From NCBI GenBank assembly GCA_035998575.1, contig DASYHM010000024.1, positions 38,624 to 102,623 of the forward strand: a stretch of 64,000 nucleotides of DNA. Reading direction: 5' to 3'. Of the stretch, positions 11,375-19,990 are shown one piece after another (position 1 is the first letter of the stretch; every line of letters begins with the position of its first letter). A program made the translations under genes and the position numbers. The DNA comes from Devosia sp. (GTDB taxonomy: Bacteria > Pseudomonadota > Alphaproteobacteria > Rhizobiales > Devosiaceae). The notes under the pieces were generated by a model. It saw only the letters and a program-made list of their open reading frames with translations. It ran no database searches and had not been told where the DNA came from.

Positions 11375-11687
11375 GAAACCTCTCGACTACTGATGCGGCA
11401 GCTACGCACCGGCTTCGGCTTGAGTTTCAATGGGATCGCGTCGCCCGCGACCACGTTGCCCGGATGGTAAACCGCCGCCATTGCAGTGCGGCGTCTGGAA
11501 CCAATCTGTGACCGGGCTGAATCACCGGACGGCACAATCCGGGACCGCGTTCCCTAACCTGTTGCAAAAAGGCTGAGGTTCCACATTAACGCGTGTGTTT
11601 CCCGAGAATGTGGGTGGCCAAATCAGCCGACCTGCTAGATTCTGCCACTAGCGTCACCGGCCCATATTCGCATCTGGAGAGACTATA

Positions 11688-12314
11688 GTGCCCTTGCGCT
11701 GGCAGGAAGTGGCTGTTCCACTGTTGGTGATCATTACGCTGATCGCCCTTAAATACGTTCCTTTCACCGCCGGTCTGCCCCTAGCCCGCGCCGCCGGCGT
11801 GGTAGCCTTCGGCTACGCCGCTTTCCTGGCATTGCGTCTGGTCCAGGGCGAGGAGGCGGTGGTCGTCGACGGCTGGTCCGAACTGCGTCCTTCTATCGTG
11901 GAATATTTCGCCTGCTACGGCGCCGCTGCGCTTGCCGTTGTGCTGATGTCGGCCATCATCGTCATCGGTGGCACCAAGCATGTCGAAGCGACGCAGATGA
12001 TCGCCACCTTCATCGCCTCGGTGTCGCTCGGCTCCGGCGCGATCGGCATCGGCCTCAATGGCCTGTTCACCCGCATCCGCTGGAACAACAGCCTGCTGGA
12101 ACACCGCAATGCCTTCGGTCGCGAAACGACGATTGCCTGGTCCGACGTGCGCTCCGTCCGCCCCAACTGGCGCGGCATCACCGTTGCCACCCAGGATGCC
12201 CGGCGCATCACCTTCTCGCAGTTCCACTCCGGCGCCGCGCAGCTGGCCATCCACGCCACCAACCGCGCCCGCCGCAACGCCGAGACCTCCACCAAGGCCT
12301 TCGCCAGCCTATAG
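11688..12314 (+). CDS. Membrane hypothetical protein with PH-like C-terminus
   Basis: GGAGA RBS before GTG, four TM segments, IAWSDV motif. Confidence 0.65.
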   Translation: MPLRWQEVAVPLLVIITLIALKYVPFTAGLPLARAAGVVAFGYAAFLALRLVQGEEAVVVDGWSELRPSIVEYFACYGAAALAVVLMSAIIVIGGTKHVEATQMIATFIASVSLGSGAIGIGLNGLFTRIRWNNSLLEHRNAFGRETTIAWSDVRSVRPNWRGITVATQDARRITFSQFHSGAAQLAIHATNRARRNAETSTKAFASL

Positions 12315-12506
12315 CCATCGCCTTTGACACCATGCCCTCCCAAGGGTGGCGCCCCACCTCCCTCTCAATGGGGGAGGCCGGGAGGGGTGGAGCCACACGC
12401 GCCAGCCTCACCACGATCGCGCCCACGCCGTCCATTCACCGCGCGAATACCGCCCATCACCCCAATTCGATTGAGCGCCACAACCCGCTCGGCTACCCTC
12501 TCGGCC

Positions 12507-14600
12507 ATGAACCAGTCCATAGCCCTCGGCACCGCCCGCTCGGTCTGCCCGCATGATTGTCCATCTGCCTGCGCGCTCGATGTCGACATCGTCGACGCGC
12601 GCACCATCGGCCGCGTCCGCGGCGCCAAGGACGATCCCTATACCGCCGGCGTCATCTGCGAGAAGGTGGCCCGCTATGCCGAGCGCGTGCACCATCCCGA
12701 CCGCCTGATGCATCCGCTGCGCCGCACTGGCCCCAAGGGCAGCGGCCAGTTCGAGCGCATCGGCTGGGACCAGGCGCTGGACGAGATTGCTGCCCGCTTC
12801 GCCAGCACCGAGGCCGAGCATGGCGCCGAGGCCATCTGGCCCTATTTCTATGCCGGCACCATGGGCCACGTGCACCGCGATGGCATCGATCGCCTGCGAG
12901 CGGCCAAGGGCTATTCCCGCCAATACGACACCATCTGCACCGGCACTGCCTGGCCGGGCTACATCGCCGGCACCGGCATGTTGGGCGGGGTCAACCCCGA
13001 GCAGATGGCGGAGAGCGACTGCGTCGTGATCTGGGGCACCAATGCGGTGCATACGCAGGTCAACGTCATGACACATGCCATGCGCGCGCGGAAAGAGCGC
13101 AAGGCCAAGGTCGTCGTCATCGACATCTATGAGACGGCCACGATGGCCCAGGCCGATCTCGGTCTCGTCCTGCGGCCTGGCACCGATGGCGCCCTGGCGC
13201 TGGCGGTCATGCACGTGCTGCTGCGCGACAACCTGGCCGACCGCGCCTATATGGAAAAGTACACCGATTTCGGCCCGGAATTTGAAGCCCATCTGGCGAG
13301 CAAGACGCCGGATTGGGCCGCCGCGATCACCGGCCTCGGCACGGCAGAGATCGTCGAATTCGCCCACCTGGTCGGCACTACGCCCCGCAGCTACTTCCGC
13401 CTCGGCTATGGCTTCACCCGCCAGCGCAATGGCGCCACCGCCATGCACGCCGCGCTCTGTATTCCGGCCATGACCGGGGCCTGGCAGCACCGCGGTGGTG
13501 GCGCCTTCCACTCCAATTCCGGCACCTGGCAGTTGGACAAGTCCATGCTGACCGGCGGCGCCCTGCAAAAGGGCGATCCGCGCTGGCTGGACATGTCCGA
13601 GATCGGCCCCATCCTCACCGGTGACGCGGCTGCTCTCAAGGGTGGTGGGCCGGTGATGGCCATGATCGTCCAGAACACCAATCCGGCTGCCGTCGCCCCG
13701 GACCAGACGCTGACCCATGCCGGGCTCTCCCGTGAGAATCTGTTCCTGGTCGTCCACGAGCAGTTCATGACTGAAACAGCCGAGCTCGCCGATATCGTGC
13801 TGCCGGCGACCATGTTCCTCGAGCACAACGATTACTATACGCGTGGTGGCCACACGCGGGTCCTCTATGGCCCGGCCCTCATCGAGCGTCCGGGTGAGAC
13901 CCGCTCCAACCACGAGGTCATCAACGCCCTGGCGCTGCGTCTCGGGCTGGACCACGAAACCTTCAAGACCAGCGATCGCGACGTCGTCGCCGACACCTTC
14001 CGGCGCTCCGGTTATCCGGCACTCGATGAGGTCGAGAAAACCGGCTTCGTCGACCGCGAACGCCCTGATGCCGCCGCCCGCTTTGCCGACGGCTTCGCCT
14101 GGCCCGATAAGCGCTTTCGCTTCGGGCCGGAATGGCAGTCGGTTGCGGAAAAGAAGGGCTACCTCTGGGTGTGCGATCCTGCGGACATGCCGCGCTTTGC
14201 CGACCACTGGGCCATCACCGAGGCGACTGATGCCGAACATCCGTTCCGCCTCGCCACCAGTCCGGCCCGCGCCTTCCTCAACTCGTCCTTCAACGAGACT
14301 CCGGGCAGCCAGAAGCGCGAGGGCGTGCCCTCGGTGTTCATCCATCCCGAAGATGCGGCGCGTCTCGACATCGCGGAGGGCGATTTCGTCACCGTCGGCA
14401 ACCGCCGTGGCACCGTCGATCTCACCGCCCGCATCCGCACCGGGCTCCCTACCGGCGTCCTGATCGCCGAGGGCCTGCACAAGAACAAGTCACATCGCAC
14501 CGGCCGCGGCATCAACACCTTGACCAGCGCCACTCCGGCGCCTCCCTTCGGCGGCACCGTCTTTCACGATTGTGCCGTCTGGATTAGGCGGGCGGACTAG
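12507..14600 (+). CDS. Molybdopterin (bis-MGD) oxidoreductase catalytic subunit
   Basis: CPHDCPSAC..C Fe-S motif, RLMHPL, TAELADIVLPAT, C-terminal IHPEDA domain. Confidence 0.92.
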   Translation: MNQSIALGTARSVCPHDCPSACALDVDIVDARTIGRVRGAKDDPYTAGVICEKVARYAERVHHPDRLMHPLRRTGPKGSGQFERIGWDQALDEIAARFASTEAEHGAEAIWPYFYAGTMGHVHRDGIDRLRAAKGYSRQYDTICTGTAWPGYIAGTGMLGGVNPEQMAESDCVVIWGTNAVHTQVNVMTHAMRARKERKAKVVVIDIYETATMAQADLGLVLRPGTDGALALAVMHVLLRDNLADRAYMEKYTDFGPEFEAHLASKTPDWAAAITGLGTAEIVEFAHLVGTTPRSYFRLGYGFTRQRNGATAMHAALCIPAMTGAWQHRGGGAFHSNSGTWQLDKSMLTGGALQKGDPRWLDMSEIGPILTGDAAALKGGGPVMAMIVQNTNPAAVAPDQTLTHAGLSRENLFLVVHEQFMTETAELADIVLPATMFLEHNDYYTRGGHTRVLYGPALIERPGETRSNHEVINALALRLGLDHETFKTSDRDVVADTFRRSGYPALDEVEKTGFVDRERPDAAARFADGFAWPDKRFRFGPEWQSVAEKKGYLWVCDPADMPRFADHWAITEATDAEHPFRLATSPARAFLNSSFNETPGSQKREGVPSVFIHPEDAARLDIAEGDFVTVGNRRGTVDLTARIRTGLPTGVLIAEGLHKNKSHRTGRGINTLTSATPAPPFGGTVFHDCAVWIRRAD

Positions 14601-14625
14601 CTGGCGCCGGCGCCCTTGCGGTTCA

Positions 14626-14709
14626 ACCTCTTGGTGAGCTTGTCGAACCACGAGGTCGGGCAACTCGGATCGTGCCACGGCCTCGTCCTTCGACAGGCTC
14701 AGGATGAGG
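14626..14709. repeat. Inverted pair of family A repeats
   Basis: 14626-14656 direct and 14681-14709 inverted, between convergent genes. Confidence 0.85.
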
Positions 14710-14789
14710 TCTGCTGCGAGAGTGGCGGAAGGCACTTGTGGGGCCTGCCCTCTCCTTCGGAGGGGAGGGAGCAGGGAATAGGTCTGAGG

Positions 14790-15569
14790 CTATACTGGGC
14801 TGCCTACATACGCCCCCCAGAAGAAATATCCGGTCATCACCACGCCATAGACGATCACCGCCATCCGGATCCACTGCGACGGGATGCGGTGCGCGTTCTT
14901 GGCGGCCAGATACCCGCCCACCACCACGCCGGCCAGTGCGATCGACCCGTGGTACCAGTCAATCGAGCCACTGATGGCAAACCGTGCCACTGCCACCAGC
15001 GCCACGATGGATGATACATAGAGCTTGAGCCCGTTCATCGCGTGAATGTCGCTCATGCCCGCCGTCGCAAGGAACGCCAGCAGCAGGATGCCCAGCCCGG
15101 CATTGAAGAACCCGCCATAGATGCAGACCAGCGCCAGGAACGCCAGCAGCAGCGCCGCGCCGAGCAGCTTCATACCGCGTCCGCCCCGGTTGCGGGCCGC
15201 CACCAGGCTGTTGATCCGATTGCCGAAGACGAACAGCAGCACGGCAAAGCCCATCAGCCACGGCACCACCAGTGAGAACATTTCGTCGCTCACCACCAGC
15301 AGCAGTTCCGCCCCGGCATAGCCGAACACCGCCGCCATCAGCCCATAGAGCACCAGCTTGTCCTTGTGCTGCGCCATGGCATGCCAATAGCCCAGCGTGC
15401 CGCTGACATAGCCGGGCAGGGCGGCATAGGTGTTGGACGCATTGGCCAGCACCGGCGGCACGCCCACGAACAATAGCGCCGGAAAGACGATGAACGAGCC
15501 GCCCCCCGCCAGCGAATTGACGGCGCCACCCAGAAATCCGGCCACCAGCAGGAACAGCGTCTCAAGCAT
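14790..15569 (-). CDS. TauE/SafE family exporter
   Basis: AGGGSFI, ANASN, IYGGFFNAGLG; about 8 TM segments. Confidence 0.88.
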   Translation of the reverse strand: MLETLFLLVAGFLGGAVNSLAGGGSFIVFPALLFVGVPPVLANASNTYAALPGYVSGTLGYWHAMAQHKDKLVLYGLMAAVFGYAGAELLLVVSDEMFSLVVPWLMGFAVLLFVFGNRINSLVAARNRGGRGMKLLGAALLLAFLALVCIYGGFFNAGLGILLLAFLATAGMSDIHAMNGLKLYVSSIVALVAVARFAISGSIDWYHGSIALAGVVVGGYLAAKNAHRIPSQWIRMAVIVYGVVMTGYFFWGAYVGSPV

Positions 15570-15590
15570 CACGATCACCCTTCAACCACC

Positions 15591-15660
15591 GGGTCATTCC
15601 GGCGAAGGCCGGAATCCACGCGCGATGCTCACCCCAGCGCATACCGCCGGGGGCGGAACC
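15591..15660. repeat. Family B repeat, truncated MITE-like copy
   Basis: GGGTCATTCCGGCGAAGGCCGGAATCCA identical to 62626-62653; degenerate similarity continues about 40 nt. Confidence 0.78.
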
Positions 15661-15720
15661 CGCCCAACATAAAATGCTGATCGCCCCATCACCGGCGTTG
15701 ATCGCAGCCCTGCCATGCCG

Positions 15721-15749
15721 TTGACAAGACTGCCCGTCGCGCGCATATC
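15721..15749 (+). promoter_or_regulatory. Sigma70-type promoter
   Basis: TTGACA-N17-CATATC. Confidence 0.65.
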
Positions 15750-15755
15750 CCGCTT

Positions 15756-15900
15756 CGGTTGCTGGCACCCGCCGCTCGCCGGACCTCGGTCCGTTGGTGA
15801 AGTCCAGCCTCCTCGCAGACGAACATCGGTTCATCTTTGCAAGGCGCATCATGGCAAGGCGAGCCCCATGAACCAGTCGCCTCATCGCATGTGAGAGGAC
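15756..15900 (+). ncRNA. Candidate structured leader or ncRNA
   Basis: Consecutive nested hairpins between the promoter and ATG 15907; the last overlaps the RBS. Confidence 0.5.
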
Positions 15901-15906
15901 CTCGTC

Positions 15907-16347
15907 ATGTCGTTTTCGCTCGACACTCCATCCGCCCAGACCCTCAAGTCCGAAGCCAGGGACCTGCGCCAGCAGCGCGCTGCCCTGGGCGAAACGCTGT
16001 CGCATGGTGCCGCCCTCGAACAGGTCGCCCGCGCTCACGGCTATCGCGATTGGAACACCGCCCGCGCTGCCTTGCCGGATCGCGTCGCCGTGCCCTTCCA
16101 GGTCGGCCAGCGCGTGAAGGGTCTCTACCTCGACCAGCCCTTCACTGGCATGCTGATCGGCGTCCAACTGCTGAGCGACCTGCGGCACTATACCATCACC
16201 GTGACCTTCGACACGCCCGTCAATGTCACGCCCACCTTCATGTTCGCCGCCTATCGCCACCGCGTCACCGCCACGGTCGATATCCACGGCATATCCGGGG
16301 CCATGCGCGGCAATGGCAATCCGCAGATGGTGCTGCGCCGGGCATGA
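15907..16347 (+). CDS. Glyoxalase_8-like ('glyoxalase superfamily') protein
   Basis: LKSEARDLR..LSHGAALEQVARAHGYRDWNTA N-terminal motif; GAGG RBS. Confidence 0.78.
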   Translation: MSFSLDTPSAQTLKSEARDLRQQRAALGETLSHGAALEQVARAHGYRDWNTARAALPDRVAVPFQVGQRVKGLYLDQPFTGMLIGVQLLSDLRHYTITVTFDTPVNVTPTFMFAAYRHRVTATVDIHGISGAMRGNGNPQMVLRRA

Positions 16348-16445
16348 TGATTGCCAATAGGAGGGCAGGGCGCAACACGCTGCCTTGCCCTCCATCGTCA
16401 ACCGCCGATATAAGGGGACACGCTCATCAACGAACGGAAATGGCA

Positions 16446-17144
16446 ATGACCACACAGACCAAGCCGATCGAAGCCTTCTCCCTGCCCACCCCCAACGGGC
16501 AGAAAGTCCACATCATGCTCGAAGAGCTCGGCGTGCCGTGGAACTACCACCGCATCGATATCGGCAAGGGTGACCAGTTCACCCCCGAATTTCTCGCCAT
16601 TTCTCCCAACAACAAGATTCCGGCCATCGTCGATCCCGAGGGACCGGGCGGTGAACCCATCTCGATCTTTGAGTCGGGCGCCATCCTCAAATATCTCGGC
16701 ATCAAGTTCGGCCAGTTCTATCCCACCGATCCGCGCCAGCAGGTCAAGGTCGACGAGTGGCTGTTCTGGCAGGTCGGCGGCTTCGGCCCCATGCTCGGCC
16801 AGAACAATCACTTCAATGTCTATGCGCCCGAAAAAATCCCCTACGCCCAGAAGCGCTACACCGATGAGACCCACCGCCTGTTCCGCGTGCTGAACACCCA
16901 GCTCGAGGGCAAGGATTTCATCACCGGGGACTATTCCATCGCCGACATCGCCTGCATCGGCTGGGCCCAGGCCTGGGAGCGCTACGGCATCACCCGCGAG
17001 GCCTGCCCCAATGTTCTACCCTGGATCGAGCGTCTCGCCGCCCGTCCCGCCGTCGAGCGCGGCCTCGCCTGGGGAAAGGACCAGCAGGGCAAGAGCCTTG
17101 CCGACGACAAGGAAGCCCAGAAGATCCTCTTCAACCAGCGCTGA
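16446..17144 (+). CDS. Glutathione S-transferase (YfcG/YghU-like)
   Basis: TPNGQK, ISPNNKIPAI, FESGAIL, YSIADIA. Confidence 0.92.
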   Translation: MTTQTKPIEAFSLPTPNGQKVHIMLEELGVPWNYHRIDIGKGDQFTPEFLAISPNNKIPAIVDPEGPGGEPISIFESGAILKYLGIKFGQFYPTDPRQQVKVDEWLFWQVGGFGPMLGQNNHFNVYAPEKIPYAQKRYTDETHRLFRVLNTQLEGKDFITGDYSIADIACIGWAQAWERYGITREACPNVLPWIERLAARPAVERGLAWGKDQQGKSLADDKEAQKILFNQR

Positions 17145-17148
17145 TCGC

Positions 17149-17675
17149 TCATTGCGCCACGACGGGTTCGGGCACTACCCGGACCCAGTCCTGCCCCTGG
17201 CAGACGATGTTGTAGAGCACGCAGCCATTGAGCCGCATCAGGTCTGGGCCCAGCATTTCGACATAGCCGGAATAGGTATTGCCGTCCTCGGGATTGTAGA
17301 TTTCCCCGTCATAGATATTGGGTTTGCCGCTCGGCAGCAGCGTCAGCAGCTGCAGCCCCAGCATCGGTCGGCCGCGCAGCGCCGGGTCGGGGTTGCGCAG
17401 GTCGTATAGCTCTCCACCGGCATGGCGAGCGCAGCGGCATATTCTTCCTCCGTCAGCCCCTCGCGCGGCACGACGATCTTGCTCAGCGTGCCGCAAAACC
17501 CGGCCGGGCAAGGCGCGATCGTCACTTCCGACAGCTCCAGCGTCTGCCACACGCCCTCTATCGGGTCGGAAATGCGATTGGGGTCGAGCGGTACGGCCTC
17601 CTGCGCTGCAACGAGACCGATGCCTGCCAGCATCACGCCCATACCGCCCAACAGCCGTAAGCCAGTCCGTGTCAT
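17149..17675 (-). pseudogene. DUF2147-like exported protein with a 1-nt frameshift near 17404
   Basis: N-half (IEGVWQT, CGTLSK) and C-half (DLRNPDPALRGRP, IYNPEDGNTY, GCV) lie in different frames. Confidence 0.75.
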
Positions 17676-17795
17676 GTCCACCACCTGCCGCCGGGATGAT
17701 TCGTCCGCTCCATGATCTAGCCGCTGATCGCGACAGGCATAAAGCAAATTGCGCTGCGGGCGGCGCGCGGCGCGGCGGGCTGGGTCAAAAACCAC

Positions 17796-17824
17796 TTGCC
17801 ATCCCACCCCCCGCCCGCTATCCA
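17796..17824 (+). promoter_or_regulatory. Putative tRNA promoter
   Basis: TTGCCA-N17-TATCCA about 10 nt upstream of the tRNA. Confidence 0.45.
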
Positions 17825-17833
17825 CCCCCTGCC

Positions 17834-17924
17834 GGAGAGGTGGCCGAGTGGTCGAAGGCACGCCCCTGCTAAGGGCGCAGGGCTCTAAAGGTCCTCGTGG
17901 GTTCGAATCCCATCCTCTCCGCCA
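17834..17924 (+). tRNA. tRNA-Ser(GCT)
   Basis: GGAGAGG/CCTCTCC acceptor, CGCCC-CTGCTAA-GGGCG anticodon arm, long variable arm, GTTCGAATC, encoded CCA. Confidence 0.97.
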
Positions 17925-18125
17925 CTGTTTCCTTCTAAGTCCTTAGACACTCAAGTTTATCCGACATAGGTCACGTTGTGTGCTATCGTGTGCACCCTAA
18001 GTGGCCGTGCCTCGCCTCAGTGACGTATTCCGACCCCCTGGTGCATTGAGTTCTTCTCGATAGCAGATGCGCGACTCGCAGATTACCGGGGAAGCGGGAT
18101 ACTAACGCTCGCCGGTATCACGACG

Positions 18126-18889
18126 TTGGCAGGCGAGGTCGCACTTGCCTTGACCACCTACGAGGCGGATGAGGAAGTAATGTCCGTCATCGCGCGACTG
18201 CCGCGAGAGACACCCGGCGCCACTGCGGCAGCCGCTGCGTTGCACCATCCTGGATCTTGGTCCCGCGGCCGGACCGTTTATCCGCAACTGGGCGGAATGC
18301 TGCTTGAACGAATGGTGGTCGTCGAACAGCAGATCGGCGGTCCCGAGGGTGTCCGCGTCGAGACTAGGACTATCGATGGCCGTCTAAGCATCGCAGATGG
18401 AGCGTGGCGTCTGGAGGACGTGGCCTCCTATGGCGGCGACCCCGTCGCTCGGCCGCCCAACCTGAGCTCTGAAGCCTTGGCTGTGCTCGCCCATCCAGAT
18501 ATCGCCATACCGGACTCGGCTCGCTGGGACATCTATTCCGGGGCAGTTTCCAACACGGTGCTCGGCCTCATGTCCCGCCTGGCTGATCGAGTGCCAATCG
18601 GCGTCGTCAGTCTGGTTGCCGGCCATCCTTGGGAAATATTCGGCACGGACAGGCAATCGGACCATACCCGCGGCGTGGCGGTCGACATCTATGCCGTCGG
18701 CAACCGCCTTATTGTCGAGGATCGCACCAAGGGATCAGAAAGCTATAGAGCGGCGCAGTGGTTCAGCCGTCAGCCCGAAGTTGCCCGGTTGGGCAGTCCC
18801 TGGCGCTTCGTCGGTGCCACGGCGATCACCTTAGGGACCCACTCCACAAGGATCACTTGCACATTGCAGTTCCGCGGGGTGCCCTCTGA
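18126..18889 (+). pseudogene. Decayed LAS/M15-like zinc peptidase domain gene
   Basis: SDHTRGVAVD motif in the main frame; the HKDHLHIAV partner motif appears only after a frameshift at about 18832; no clear start. Confidence 0.6.
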
Positions 18890-19220
18890 GACGACCTCGG
18901 CCAGACTGGTGTTCGATCATACCCCTTGGAACATGCAACATGGGAGGCTAAGCCGCACTGCCTGCCAACATCAAACCAGCCGCTTCAGCGCGAACGACAA
19001 AAGCGACGGTATAACTTCGCCCTGCTTTTCCGGTGGAGCCGGCCACTGCGGAGCGGCAGGTTTTGGCGAATTGGAATCCTGGCTTCAACGGCCGCTATGG
19101 GGCGGCGCATACCAGCCATCTGTCCGCTAGTGCCGAGCAACGCGAGTCTCCAATGCTCTTCCAGCATGGAACTCCAAGCGCTTGAGCTGCACTCTCCTCG
19201 GAAGGTGGTTCTACATGGGA

Positions 19221-19245
19221 GCAACTTGTCGTCCTCCAGGACGTT
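19221..19245 (+). promoter_or_regulatory. EcfG-like promoter
   Basis: GCAAC-N16-CGTT upstream of the small ORF. Confidence 0.5.
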
Positions 19246-19267
19246 ACGACCCACAACGGAGGTGCAA

Positions 19268-19336
19268 ATGGGCCACATTATCAAGGCGTTCGTGTTTGGC
19301 TGGCTTATGAAGCGGGTGTTCAGGCGCCGCCGCTGA
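19268..19336 (+). CDS. Small basic 22-aa peptide MGHIIKAFVFGWLMKRVFRRRR
   Basis: GGAGGT Shine-Dalgarno just upstream of ATG, plus a promoter-like motif. Confidence 0.55.
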   Translation: MGHIIKAFVFGWLMKRVFRRRR

Positions 19337-19399
19337 AGCTCGAGCAACTGGTTGGTTTGGTTGCGGGGAGCTCAGGCGAGAATTGGCGCTGCCACGGGG

Positions 19400-19780
19400 C
19401 AGTGGCAGCAGCACCTGTCACCCCTGTCTCAACTGGGCAGGCGTCGCTCCATCTGCCAGTAAGGCAAGCGGAACGATGTCTGCTTCGTCGAGGTCCTGCT
19501 TGAGATAGTAGCGAAAGCTGCAGCGATCTCCTCCGTATTTGACGGCGGCAGCAGCGGCACGATCTGTCAAACCTTCCGGGCCGGACAAGTGCGGCGTCGA
19601 GCCGTGCTCCGAAATTGGCGGCGCCGAGCAGCAGGATTGGACGCCCGGACGCCTTTACCCGATCGATGCAGGTCAAAACGCCAATGACCACTGGCGTCCA
19701 CCAGTCTCGATCGCGTTCTCGCATGGCTGCCTGTCAGGCAGGCTGTCGAGTTCATCGATGAAGCCGATAGCCTTGATCAT
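19400..19780 (-). pseudogene. AAA+ ATPase (FtsH-like) remnant
   Basis: Walker B FIDELDSL, SRH AANF..LDAALVRPGRFDR and DGATPA lie in different frames; no Walker A. Confidence 0.75.
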
Positions 19781-19990
19781 GCGTGAGAAGTTCGTCAAAG
19801 AAGCTGTTTGCTCTCTTCATGACGCCGTTGAGATAGCCATCTGTTGACGTGATCCAGTCCCCCATGGAGCTTGTGATGAAGGGCCAGCGCTGCGCGCAAG
19901 AGCGCCGGCCAGCGTGTCCTACCCGAAACTGTCTGCACAGCCCCGGCCGTTCTGCCCCCGGGGCCGCGCGTCGTCGGGTCTTGATCCCGC

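Noticed and set aside
12340..12395. CCCTC..GGGGAG palindromes (also ~6276, ~14747, ~61293) as a third repeat family
   Set aside because: Plausible, but too degenerate to delimit or align reliably by eye.
12408..14480. 690-aa antisense ORF and similar long antisense ORFs (9412-11280, 50882-52399, 54576-55943)
   Set aside because: Expected shadows of high-GC coding strands; no recognisable motifs.
15837..16445. N-terminal extension of the GST in the ORF track
   Set aside because: Overlaps the Glyoxalase_8-like gene in another frame; GST similarity begins at about 16446.
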